From the NCBI GenBank assembly GCA_035485575.1, contig DATHNW010000008.1:18894-82893 (forward strand): a stretch of DNA of 64,000 nucleotides, written 5' to 3'. The position numbers and the translations under genes are program-made. Source of the stretch: Opitutaceae bacterium (GTDB lineage Bacteria > Verrucomicrobiota > Verrucomicrobiia > Opitutales > Opitutaceae). The notes beneath the pieces were generated by a model. That model was not told where the DNA came from. It saw only the letters and a program-made list of their open reading frames with translations, and did not search any database. How positions within the stretch are numbered: the first letter of the stretch is position 1; the number at the start of each line of letters is the position of its first letter. Positions 48,908 to 59,077 of the stretch are shown here, in pieces.

Positions 48908-48957
48908 GGCCGATCCGACTACGCTTATGCTGCAGAGGTCATCTCTAACGTTCAGCC
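48908..48957 (+). repeat. attC-like repeat, copy 3 (short/degenerate, ~50 nt)
   Basis: GGCCGATC ... GTTCAGCC ends, 6/8 complementary. It has the same ATCTCTAACGTTCAGCC core as copy 1. Confidence 0.4.
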
Positions 48958-48979
48958 AATAATCCACCCAGGAGGAAGC

Positions 48980-49387
48980 ATGGCCGCCGTTTTTGAAAAA
49001 CTGAATCTCAAGGGACAGACCGAGATTCTCGTGGTCAATGCGCCGCCGTCCTTTGAAGCCGAATTGGCCAGACTTGAAGGGGTCACCGTGGTTCGCGACC
49101 CAAAGAAGGCAAAGGCGGTTCATTTTGCCCTGGCGTTCGCTACCAAGCAGGCCGAAGTCGACGCTTTCTCGAAGACGCTCGCGGGCAAAGCTGAAGGCGA
49201 TGCCGTGCTCTGGTTTGCTTATCCGAAAGGCACATCCAAGAAATACAAATGTGAGTTTAACCGCGATTCCGGATGGAAAGTGATTCGTGGCCTTGGCTTC
49301 GACTCGGTGCGCCAGGTTGCGATTGATGAAGATTGGTCCGCGCTGAGATTCAGGCGCGTAGAGTACATTAAGTCATCCGGGAAATGA
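48980..49387 (+). CDS. DUF3052-like small cytoplasmic protein
   Basis: 135 aa. Strong AGGAGG Shine-Dalgarno at 48970-48975. The pattern ..ILVVNAP..F......D.VLWFAYPKG.S.......RD.GW.....G...V..VAIDEDWSALRF resembles DUF3052 (assignment from memory). Confidence 0.6.
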   Translation: MAAVFEKLNLKGQTEILVVNAPPSFEAELARLEGVTVVRDPKKAKAVHFALAFATKQAEVDAFSKTLAGKAEGDAVLWFAYPKGTSKKYKCEFNRDSGWKVIRGLGFDSVRQVAIDEDWSALRFRRVEYIKSSGK

Positions 49388-49404
49388 GGCCGAATCAGCC
49401 GCCG

Positions 49405-49473
49405 ACCTAACGCTGCACCGGTTGGAATCGTTTGGCCACGCTTGTCCTTGCCTGGGTCCGCCCTACGTTAGCC
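49405..49473 (+). repeat. attC-like imperfect palindromic repeat, copy 4 (69 nt)
   Basis: ACCTAAC (exact RYYYAAC) ... GTTAGCC. CTAACG/CGTTAG pair. Contains the shared core CGCTTGTCCTTGCCTGGG. Confidence 0.5.
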
Positions 49474-49478
49474 CAGAC

Positions 49479-49943
49479 ATGAACCTCACCGATGAACTTC
49501 GTAAGCTCGCCGAACTTCACCAGGAAGGTAATCTCAGCGACCAGGAATTCGCCGACGCGAAGCGGCGGTTGATCGCTGAGAGCGACGCCGAGCCGTCCGC
49601 TGCCACGCCGCAGGAAGAAAACGCGGCCTCCGAGGGAGCCGTCGAAGTCGACGAGAAGAAGTACCGGTCCAGCCGCTGGTCGTCTGGCAATTTCTTTTTT
49701 CCGGATACTTTGACGCTATCGAGCGACGGCATGTTGTTCCGCAAGGGCGCGATGTTCGGCTCCAGTGAGGAGCACATCAATTACCGGGCGGTGGCTTCAT
49801 TCCGGGTCAAGAATGGCATCTTCCTGTCGAATCTCTGCATCGAAACCTCCGGCGGCAGCCAGCCGATTTTCATCAATGGGCTGTGGAAATCCGAGGCCAG
49901 GGAGATTCAGGACGCGATTCGCGCATTCCAAAGAAACTGCTGA
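49479..49943 (+). CDS. SHOCT-domain protein with a C-terminal bacterial-PH-like domain
   Basis: 154 aa from the ATG at 49479. The N-terminal LRKLAELHQEGNLSDQEFADAKRRLI is a SHOCT motif. The C-terminal roughly 90 aa are beta-rich and PH-like (FFFPD.L.L..DG..F.K......E...NY..V..F.V..G). Confidence 0.6.
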   Translation: MNLTDELRKLAELHQEGNLSDQEFADAKRRLIAESDAEPSAATPQEENAASEGAVEVDEKKYRSSRWSSGNFFFPDTLTLSSDGMLFRKGAMFGSSEEHINYRAVASFRVKNGIFLSNLCIETSGGSQPIFINGLWKSEAREIQDAIRAFQRNC

Positions 49944-49954
49944 TCGGCGACCGA

Positions 49955-49971
49955 AGCCAACGCGGTTTAGC
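49955..49971 (+). repeat. possible collapsed remnant of the same repeat at the island's right edge
   Basis: AGCCAAC-GCG-GTTTAGC, located just before the typA stop codon (49988-49990). Confidence 0.25.
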
Positions 49972-49987
49972 TGCTTGGGCCGGGCAC

Positions 49988-51805
<1,818 letters not shown>

Positions 51806-51889
51806 GGCGCTGCGTATGGAAAAGCTGAAGAACGTGCGCGCTTGTGGGGCGGAACGCAAGGCCGAAGCCGCGGGAGGAAAGATCCGCCC

Positions 51890-51920
51890 GCAAAAAGGGC
51901 CGGCGGTGAGGCCGGCCCGG
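51890..51920 (-). terminator. Rho-independent terminator downstream of the IPT/TIG lipoprotein gene
   Basis: On the minus strand: GGGCCGGC-CTCACC-GCCGGCCC (51897-51918), followed by TTTTTG. Confidence 0.7.
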
Positions 51921-51950
51921 GTGGTTTTGCAAGGAGTTCGCGCCGTGAGC

Positions 51951-52868
51951 TTACTGCACGGTGATGGGAATGCTCACCTGGCCGGCGCCGTAGCCCTTGA
52001 GGACGAGGCTGCCGCTGCCGGGGTGACCGCCCTGGACCGTCACGGTGACGGTCGTGCTGCCGGCGGGGACGATGACCTCGGGCATGATGACGCTGTCCGG
52101 CACATCGGTGGTCACATCGAGCAGGAGGCCGCCGTCGGGCGCGGTGACGGGCAGGGTGAAGGTGAGCGGCTGCTGTTCGCCCACATGCAAATTGAGCGAG
52201 GCGGGGGAGGCCTGGATGTTGAGCGGGTCGACGCGGAAAGTGCCGACGGGCGAGCTGCCATTGGCGCCGCTGATGGAGACCTTGTAGTCATGGCCGGGAT
52301 CGACCGCCGGAACGAAGAAGCTCAGCGAGCTGGGCGATTCATAGACCGTGCGCGTGGGCGAACCCTCGAGATAAACGATGTCCTGTGCGGTGAAGCCGCG
52401 GCCGAGCACGCTTACGCGGGCGCCGACCGGCCCACGGTTAGCCCCGAGCGAAAGCACATAGCGGCTGGCGATCTTCACGTGCACCGTCTCGATGTAGGCT
52501 TCGAGGTCGCTGGTGTTGCCGTTGCTCTCTTCGATCTTATAGTTGACCAGGATGTAATAGGCGAATTCGTCGCGGCCCGGCGGCAGCTGGTAGTCAAGCT
52601 CGTAGATATCGCTGCCCAGCGAGCTCTTCTTCATGAGCAGGTCCTGCCCATCGATAATGAGATGCGGCACCACGCTGTCCTCCACGATGTTGCCGCCCTT
52701 CGATTCGATACGCGCCGAAATGGTGTAGATCTGCGACGGGTTCTCCGGCAGCGTGGACGGCGTGAGGTTGACGATCTTCAGATCGCAACCGGCCAGCAAA
52801 AGAAGGCCGAGCGCAGCGCCGAGCCAGAGGACGAATTTTCTCGCGTGGGCGAAATGGTTTTTGTGCAT
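51951..52868 (-). CDS. lipoprotein with IPT/TIG-like Ig-fold domains
   Basis: 305 aa. Lipobox LLLAGC. Beta-rich repeats including GP.GA.V.V.G.GF. Confidence 0.55.
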   Translation of the reverse strand: MHKNHFAHARKFVLWLGAALGLLLLAGCDLKIVNLTPSTLPENPSQIYTISARIESKGGNIVEDSVVPHLIIDGQDLLMKKSSLGSDIYELDYQLPPGRDEFAYYILVNYKIEESNGNTSDLEAYIETVHVKIASRYVLSLGANRGPVGARVSVLGRGFTAQDIVYLEGSPTRTVYESPSSLSFFVPAVDPGHDYKVSISGANGSSPVGTFRVDPLNIQASPASLNLHVGEQQPLTFTLPVTAPDGGLLLDVTTDVPDSVIMPEVIVPAGSTTVTVTVQGGHPGSGSLVLKGYGAGQVSIPITVQ

Positions 52869-52912
52869 TGGGTTTTTGGACGATTCCGGATGGAATCCGG
52901 AGTGTGTTTGTA

Positions 52913-54097
52913 ATGAGCGATTTTACACTAGCGCAAGAAAAAGCCGCCAGCGGAATTCCGCTCGGACTGTACGTGCATGTACCGTTTTGTGCCTCCACCT
53001 GTGACTTTTGCGCATTTTATCAGGTCGAACCGACCGCGGAATTGGTGGGCAAGTTCCTCGATGGCACGGCGGCCGAAGCCGGGCTGGTCGAGTGGGCGCG
53101 GCCGGTCACGACGGTTTTCTGGGGTGGTGGCACGCCGGGACTGCTTGCGCCGCGCGATTTGCTAAAACTCGGCGAAATTGTCCGCGCACGGCTGGGCGGT
53201 ATGCCGGAGGAATGGACGATCGAGCTCGCCCCCGCGTCGGTCACGGAGGCGCGGCTGGCGGTGTTGCGCGAGCTCGGCGTGACGCGTGTGTCGCTCGGCG
53301 TGCAGAGTTTCCAGCCGGCACTGCTCGATGCGCTGGGCCGCCGCCATACGCGCGAGCAGGCCCTGCGCGCCTACGAGCGCGTGCGTGCGGCCGGCTTTCC
53401 GAGCGTGAATCTCGACCTGATTTTTTCCGTGCCCGGCCAGGACGCAGCGGCGTGGCGGGCCGACCTGCGCGAGGTCGTGGGACTCGCGCCCGACCATGTT
53501 TCCACCTACTGCCTGACTTTCGAGGAAGACACGGCGCTGTGGGTGAAGCTCTCGCGCGGGCAGGTGAAGCGCGATGTCAACCTTGAGGCGGAGCTTTACG
53601 AGCTCACCTGGGCCGAACTCGCGGCGGCGGGCTATGCCCAATATGAAATTTCCAATTTTGCCCGGCCGGGTCATGCCTGTCGGCACAATCTCAACACCTG
53701 GCGCATGCACGAATGGATCGGCCTCGGGCCGAGCGCGGCATCGCAACACGCCGGCTGGCGCGGTGCGAATCCGGCCGATCTGGAAAAATGGAATGCACAG
53801 CTGGCCGTGGGCGAACGCATGACCGACCAGCGGGTACGGCTGACGCCGGCGTTGCTGGCCGAGGACGCGCTGATTTTCGGCCTGCGCATGAATGAAGGGG
53901 TAAATCTCACCACGCTGAGCCGGCGCTGGCCGGAGGCGCCGTGGACCGAAGCCCGGGCGCTGGCGATGCGCCTCGCGGCCGACGGTCTCGCCGAATGGTC
54001 GGACGACACGCTGCGGCTGACGCTGCGCGGGCGCCTGCTGGCCGATGCGGTGGGAGCGGAAATCCTGGAAAATTTTTCGGCGCCGGTTTCCCCGTGA
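52913..54097 (+). CDS. hemW: radical SAM heme chaperone HemW (HemN-like, coproporphyrinogen III oxidase family)
   Basis: 394 aa from MSDFTL. Radical-SAM cluster motif YVHVPFCASTCDFCAFY, GGGTP, and a HemN_C-like C-terminus. Confidence 0.85.
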   Translation: MSDFTLAQEKAASGIPLGLYVHVPFCASTCDFCAFYQVEPTAELVGKFLDGTAAEAGLVEWARPVTTVFWGGGTPGLLAPRDLLKLGEIVRARLGGMPEEWTIELAPASVTEARLAVLRELGVTRVSLGVQSFQPALLDALGRRHTREQALRAYERVRAAGFPSVNLDLIFSVPGQDAAAWRADLREVVGLAPDHVSTYCLTFEEDTALWVKLSRGQVKRDVNLEAELYELTWAELAAAGYAQYEISNFARPGHACRHNLNTWRMHEWIGLGPSAASQHAGWRGANPADLEKWNAQLAVGERMTDQRVRLTPALLAEDALIFGLRMNEGVNLTTLSRRWPEAPWTEARALAMRLAADGLAEWSDDTLRLTLRGRLLADAVGAEILENFSAPVSP

Positions 54098-55107
54098 AGA
54101 AGATTTTCCTGCTTTTTGCTCTGGTCGCGACGGCGCTGCGGGCGGAGCAGCTCGAACTGGTGTGGCCGACGGCGAATCCGGCCTGGAGCGAAGGCCGGCC
54201 GATCCAGGATTTCATCCAGCCGACCGAATCGGGCGAGCCGGAATCAGGCTGCTTTGGCGGGGTGCGCAGCAACGGCTACCAGTTTCACGAAGGCATCGAC
54301 CTGAAGCCGTTGCGACGCGACGCGCGCGGCGAGCCGCTCGACCACGTGTTTGCCGTGCTGCCCGGCGTGGTGCGCTACGTCAACCTGCGTCCGGGCGAGA
54401 GCAGCTACGGGCGCTATATCGTGCTTGAGCACACGGGCGTGTCACCGTCGATCTACACCCTCTACGCGCATCTGGCGAGCGTGGCCCCGGGCATCGCGCC
54501 GGGAGCGAGCGTCGAGCGCGGCCAGATCATCGCGCAGATGGGCCATTCGGCCGGCGGCTACCCGATTCCGCTGGCCCGGGCACATTTGCATTTTGAAATG
54601 GGCGTGATGGTCACGCGCGAATTCCAGGCGTGGTATGACCGGAAGAAATTCGGCAGCCCGAACGAGCACGGCATCTGGAACGGCATGAACCTGATGGGCT
54701 TCGACCCGCTGGATTTTTTTGATAAATTCCGCGGCCGGCGGGTGGCCGGATTTCAGGATTATTTTGCGCAGATGCCGCCGGCGGTGCGCGTGCGCATCGC
54801 GACTGGACGCATGCCCGATTTCGTGGCGCGTTACCCGTCGCTGCTGACCAGGCCGCTGCCGCCCACCGGGGCCGTGGCTGGGTGGGAGATCACATGCAAC
54901 TGGACGGGGCTGCCGTTTGCCTGGACGCCGCTGACAGCGGCCGAAATCGCCGGCCTGCCGCCCGGCCAGCCGGTCGTCACGTGGGCCGATGTCGAATCCC
55001 AGCGCAAGCATCCCTGCAAGTCGGTGGTGCATGAACGTAGCTCAGGCTATACGCCCGGCGCCGATCTGGAAACCGTGCTGCAGCAGCTTTTCGGGCCGCG
55101 CAATTGA
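54094..55107 (+). CDS. M23-family metallopeptidase (secreted)
   Basis: About 337 aa. The GTG start overlaps the hemW stop (GTGA). Signal peptide KKIFLLFALVATALRA. Motifs HEGIDL, Y.HL and HLHFE. Confidence 0.75.
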   Translation: MKKIFLLFALVATALRAEQLELVWPTANPAWSEGRPIQDFIQPTESGEPESGCFGGVRSNGYQFHEGIDLKPLRRDARGEPLDHVFAVLPGVVRYVNLRPGESSYGRYIVLEHTGVSPSIYTLYAHLASVAPGIAPGASVERGQIIAQMGHSAGGYPIPLARAHLHFEMGVMVTREFQAWYDRKKFGSPNEHGIWNGMNLMGFDPLDFFDKFRGRRVAGFQDYFAQMPPAVRVRIATGRMPDFVARYPSLLTRPLPPTGAVAGWEITCNWTGLPFAWTPLTAAEIAGLPPGQPVVTWADVESQRKHPCKSVVHERSSGYTPGADLETVLQQLFGPRN

Positions 55108-55146
55108 GCCTTTTATCATCTGTCGCGGAACTGCCCCGCTCCGAAG

Positions 55147-55938
55147 TCAGGGCTGCGCCGGGCCGAGGCAGACCAGGTCGCCCACGCGAATGACTTTGCC
55201 TGCTTCGGCCGCCCCGATCGAGGTGTTGACCGCGAAACGGTAATAATGGTTGAAGCGCCGTGCATCAGCCCAGGACGGAAGATGCTGCCGCCGCAATTCC
55301 ATGAATGTCTTTTGGAAATTTGGAATGGGTGCAGCCGTGTCGGGATCGCGGGTTGGAACTACGCATCGCTGGCAGGGATTGTGACCCTGAAGTTGCACTG
55401 CGCCGATCAAGAATGGCCGCAGTTCGTCCGGTCCCCCGAAAAGGGAGTCCTCGGCAAAGGCGGCGGCATCGCCGAGTTCCAGGTTGGTGCGAAAACGCCG
55501 CCGCACGCTTTCAAGGTCGAGTCCTGGAAACCAGTCCGCGACCGCGCGCAGGCTTGACTCGCAGACCACCGTCGGGCCGAAGGCGGTCCGGTCGTCGGGG
55601 AATCCGCTGCACGGTTCATGGCGAACGGTGACGGCGAAACCAAAGAATTCGCTCAGCCAGCGATTGAGCGGAGTGCGTTCGGCCAGCGAGAAACCACTCC
55701 GGGTGGATTGTCCCTCCTCCCATAATGCAACTTCCTTCACCTCCGGATCGTAGGCGCACCGCAGGAGTTGGATTCGCGCGGTGCGCTTGCCGTTCACATA
55801 ACTGCCGGCCTCGTCGACGACGGCGTAAACGCGATCATGCTCCAGGATGCCGCCGGGAGTGATGCGAGCTGCATCGACCGAAACCCCATCCAGCGATTTT
55901 ATGGGAAAAACGAAAATCCGTCCCAAATGCAAAGGCAT
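55147..55938 (-). CDS. MOSC domain-containing protein (MOSC_N beta-barrel plus MOSC)
   Basis: 263 aa. N-terminal I.VFPIKSLDG and a conserved Cys region (NPCQRC). Confidence 0.8.
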   Translation of the reverse strand: MPLHLGRIFVFPIKSLDGVSVDAARITPGGILEHDRVYAVVDEAGSYVNGKRTARIQLLRCAYDPEVKEVALWEEGQSTRSGFSLAERTPLNRWLSEFFGFAVTVRHEPCSGFPDDRTAFGPTVVCESSLRAVADWFPGLDLESVRRRFRTNLELGDAAAFAEDSLFGGPDELRPFLIGAVQLQGHNPCQRCVVPTRDPDTAAPIPNFQKTFMELRRQHLPSWADARRFNHYYRFAVNTSIGAAEAGKVIRVGDLVCLGPAQP

Positions 55939-56052
55939 GCAGGGCTCGATTCACTCGCAGGCGCAGAGTGGGTTCAAGTTAAATGAAAAAACACCGTTTC
56001 TCCCGGAGCGCGGGATGAGGCATGGCCATTGAAGCGGCGTAGCGCAGCTGGT

Positions 56053-56880
56053 CTAGGCCGGCTCGATTTTTGCCAAATCGCCCCGGCGAATGGTTCCTCC
56101 CTGCAGAACGGAAGCATAAGCGCCGACCTGGGCTTGATTGTATTTGGCCGCAGTTCTCAATACCCCCACATCCTTGGGCAGATCTCCTTGGGATAGAGTG
56201 GTCATCACACAGCGAGAGCAGGGCCCCGTCACCTTGAGCCGCACCTCGCTGCCGATGGCGATCACGTGGTTGGTCCAGGCACCCTCGGCGAACCCCGTCA
56301 GATCCGGCAACGTGTCGATCACCAGGTTCGGACGGAAGCGTCGGACTTCGATCTGGCCGCCGGGATGAAGCCGCCGAAGCTCCGCCAGCGTGGCCGTGGT
56401 GAGAAGATGCACGCTGGCACAGTCAAAAAACGTTTCCGATGGGATCGCTTCATCGGTGACCTCATCGCGTCGGGCGAGGCCCTCCACGTCCGGCCAGTAT
56501 TCCTCGAGCGTGCTGCGGGAGGGAGCAGCGCCGAGGAGATGGACGGGCCGTCCGACGGAGGCCGAAAGCAATTCGTCGATCGCTTCATTGTCCGTGAGAA
56601 CCATTTCACCGCTTGGCAGCGTGATGCGAATCCGCGGGTTGTGCCCGTTGTCGGGCGGATCGACGTAAGTGGCGTGAAAATCGAAGAAATTCGGCCATTT
56701 CGCGGGATTTTTCGCGCTCGCCACTTTTCCCGTGGCCTGGTCAGCCAGCGCGAAAAGCCGGTCGCCGTGGAGCCCCTTCGGCCCCACGCGCGACGCATTC
56801 AGTTCTTCCCCGATCATCGATTTCACCGGATAGCGGTGGATTGAGACCAGGGTGCCGACGTTTTGCGGGCTCATGGCCAT
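56053..56880 (-). CDS. MOSC domain-containing protein (YcbX-like, without a ferredoxin domain)
   Basis: 275 aa. N-terminal I.RYPVKSM.GE and a conserved Cys (GPCSRCVMT). Paralogous to the neighbouring MOSC gene. Confidence 0.8.
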   Translation of the reverse strand: MAMSPQNVGTLVSIHRYPVKSMIGEELNASRVGPKGLHGDRLFALADQATGKVASAKNPAKWPNFFDFHATYVDPPDNGHNPRIRITLPSGEMVLTDNEAIDELLSASVGRPVHLLGAAPSRSTLEEYWPDVEGLARRDEVTDEAIPSETFFDCASVHLLTTATLAELRRLHPGGQIEVRRFRPNLVIDTLPDLTGFAEGAWTNHVIAIGSEVRLKVTGPCSRCVMTTLSQGDLPKDVGVLRTAAKYNQAQVGAYASVLQGGTIRRGDLAKIEPA

Positions 56881-56884
56881 CCTT

Positions 56885-58312
56885 TTAGGCCTGCGAGAAA
56901 CATCTTTCCGACTCGGTGCTGATCGTTTGGTGCCTTTCCGGTTTGGCTATGTACATGAACACCAAGCGGAGTCCACCCACCAGGAGATACCCGAGAAAGA
57001 CGTACGGGAAATAGTTCAGAGGCGGAGCCGGCACGGGGTAGACGCTCCCGATCGCCGGGATGCACATTAGCAGGACACCGGCCACGCAGAAAATGACATC
57101 CTTGATCTTCATTTCCTTGCGCTTCTTGAGGAAAACGGGCGCGGCGATGGTCACGAGAAAGTAGGCGCCGAGAAACCCAAACGCGCCCATGGTTCCCGCA
57201 TCATTAAAGATATCGAGCACTTCCAAGCCGAAGTGTTTCATTTTGCACACCGTCGCGACTCCGAACACCAGGACGCTCATGACCGCGAGGGCGACGTGCG
57301 GGGTTTCATGCACTTTGTGGACGGAACTGGTCGACTTGGGAAAAAAGTCATGCCGACCCATTGCGAACATCACCCGGGCGCCCGAATTGATGCAGGCAAG
57401 CGCCAGCGCGAAGAAGCTTAACATGGCTCCCGCCGATACGACCGGTGCGAAGGCGCTGACGCCATACCGTTCGGCGAGCGTGTTGAGGGGGGCGCCGAGC
57501 TGGTCGAGCGTCTGGCTGTAGCCATGCGTGCCCAGCACCTCGACATAGGTAATAAAGACGAAGAACAAACCGGTGGCGATCAGACTCCAGATGATGGAAC
57601 GTGGAATCGTTTTCAGCGGATCCTTGGCTTCATCGCCAAAGGCGGTCGAACTCTCGAACCCGACCAGGCTGAAGATGGCGACCACTATTCCGAGACCGAG
57701 GCTGGAATGGGTGACGCTCTTAAAGTCGAACTGTGCCGGATCGGGGGCGAATTGCGTTTTGCCGAGAACGATGAAGGCGAGGATCAAGATGAACAGGACC
57801 GAGATTCCCTCGAGCACGAGCGAAACGATCGTTGAGATCTTGATATCCTGGTAAGCGACGTAAAAACATCCGCCCACGCAGACTGCAAACAGCAACACCG
57901 GCGGGGCGTGAATGTGAACCATCTGTAGAAGCGTGTCGGCAAAAATGGTGAAGCCAGTGGTTCCCGCGATCCCGATGAAGAGGTAGGCCCAGACCAGGCA
58001 CCACCCGCACATCGAACCGGCGCCTGCGCCCAAGCCGGAACAGGTGTAGCTGTACATCGATCCGGTGCCGGCGCCGCGCCGGGCGAACTGGTTCAGGTTG
58101 TAGGCGACAAACAAGAGCATGACGGTCGCCACGGCGTAGGAGAGCCAGCTCATGTTTCCGGAATTGGAAAACATGAGCGGCACGATCAACGCGGCGGTCA
58201 TGGTCGGGGATATCATTGCGATATTCTGTGCCCAGAGCTCCACGAAGTTGAGGACTTTCGGTTTAAGACTGGGGTTCATAGACCCCGAGGGTGAATCTGA
58301 TGCCTGGTTCAT
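56885..58312 (-). CDS. APC-superfamily amino acid/polyamine permease
   Basis: 475 aa with about 12 TM helices. The stop is 4 nt upstream of the MOSC gene start. Confidence 0.8.
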   Translation of the reverse strand: MNQASDSPSGSMNPSLKPKVLNFVELWAQNIAMISPTMTAALIVPLMFSNSGNMSWLSYAVATVMLLFVAYNLNQFARRGAGTGSMYSYTCSGLGAGAGSMCGWCLVWAYLFIGIAGTTGFTIFADTLLQMVHIHAPPVLLFAVCVGGCFYVAYQDIKISTIVSLVLEGISVLFILILAFIVLGKTQFAPDPAQFDFKSVTHSSLGLGIVVAIFSLVGFESSTAFGDEAKDPLKTIPRSIIWSLIATGLFFVFITYVEVLGTHGYSQTLDQLGAPLNTLAERYGVSAFAPVVSAGAMLSFFALALACINSGARVMFAMGRHDFFPKSTSSVHKVHETPHVALAVMSVLVFGVATVCKMKHFGLEVLDIFNDAGTMGAFGFLGAYFLVTIAAPVFLKKRKEMKIKDVIFCVAGVLLMCIPAIGSVYPVPAPPLNYFPYVFLGYLLVGGLRLVFMYIAKPERHQTISTESERCFSQA

Positions 58313-58423
58313 GATGACCTTTGCTTTGATTGTGACATTGCAGATGCGAAACGAAAGCTAACCAGGGATTTTTTGGAGACGGAGAGAGGGGAATATTTGC
58401 TGAAATTTCGCGAAAGCAGGATC

Positions 58424-59056
58424 TCAGGGCCCGGGCAGACCCGGGTGCCGCGCCGGTCGCACCGGGGCGCCCGCGCGCACCGGTGGCGGGGCGGCGGCGA
58501 CGAGCAGCACCTTTACCTCCCGGCCCCCACGCGCGATCAGCCGGTGTGGCAGACGTGAGTCAAAATGGGCCGAATCGCCCGGCTCCAAATCGTAGGTGTC
58601 GCCCGCGATGGAAACCGTCAGCCGGCCCGCGACAACATGGAGCCATTCCTCGCCTTCGTGCTGGAAGTGTTCATTGCCCGGCCGGTTCGCCGGCACCGTC
58701 ACCAGCACAGGCTGCAGGCAGAAAAAACGGTCGGGATTGGACAACGCGGCATAACGGAGCCCGTTTGCCCGGCGTTCGACGGCAGCGTCGGCACGAACGA
58801 CGACACAGGGCTCGGACGCCAGCGGACTTTCGAAAAGAAAATCGAGAGAGACACCGAAGATGCGCGCGAGTGTGAGCGCGGCTGCGATCGAGACCTGGCG
58901 GTCGCCCGATTCGAGGCGGGAGAGGAAGGGCTTGGAAAGCCCGCTGCGGCGGGCGAGTTGCTCGAGCGTCCAGCCGCGGTCGGTGCGGAGTTCTTTCAGC
59001 CGGACGCTGAAGGACGTCAGTCGGATTTGGACAGGGTCAGGGAGGCTGTTCGTCAT
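58424..59056 (-). CDS. XRE-family transcriptional regulator with a C-terminal cupin domain
   Basis: About 210 aa from the ATG at 59056 (the track start 59077 is a TTG). HTH_3 (LKELR...GWTLEQLA..SGLSK..LSR.E.G) plus cupin (H.H.GEE...V..G). Confidence 0.85.
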   Translation of the reverse strand: MTNSLPDPVQIRLTSFSVRLKELRTDRGWTLEQLARRSGLSKPFLSRLESGDRQVSIAAALTLARIFGVSLDFLFESPLASEPCVVVRADAAVERRANGLRYAALSNPDRFFCLQPVLVTVPANRPGNEHFQHEGEEWLHVVAGRLTVSIAGDTYDLEPGDSAHFDSRLPHRLIARGGREVKVLLVAAAPPPVRAGAPVRPARHPGLPGP

Positions 59057-59058
59057 AT

Positions 59059-59077
59059 TTGGCAACTTTGTTGCCAA
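59059..59077. promoter_or_regulatory. perfect 8-3-8 palindrome (candidate operator) at the 5' end of the XRE-cupin gene
   Basis: TTGGCAAC-TTT-GTTGCCAA, with a third half-site GGCAAC at 59081-59086. Confidence 0.5.

Larger units (their letters stand above)
46265..49987 (+). mobile_element. lower-GC island: candidate integron-like cassette array without an integrase (CALIN-like), carrying a defence-type reverse transcriptase
   Basis: Five same-strand ORFs lie between gcvH and typA. GC is visibly lower than the flanks (about 50-55 % versus mid-60s by eye). Each ORF is followed by a related imperfect-palindromic repeat with RYYYAAC/GTTRRRY-like ends. Confidence 0.5.

Noticed and set aside
47935-49478. 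Island repeats as a CRISPR array
   Set aside because: The repeats are 50-105 nt, imperfect and internally palindromic. They are separated by 300-410-nt protein-coding ORFs rather than by uniform ~30-nt spacers. No cas genes are present.
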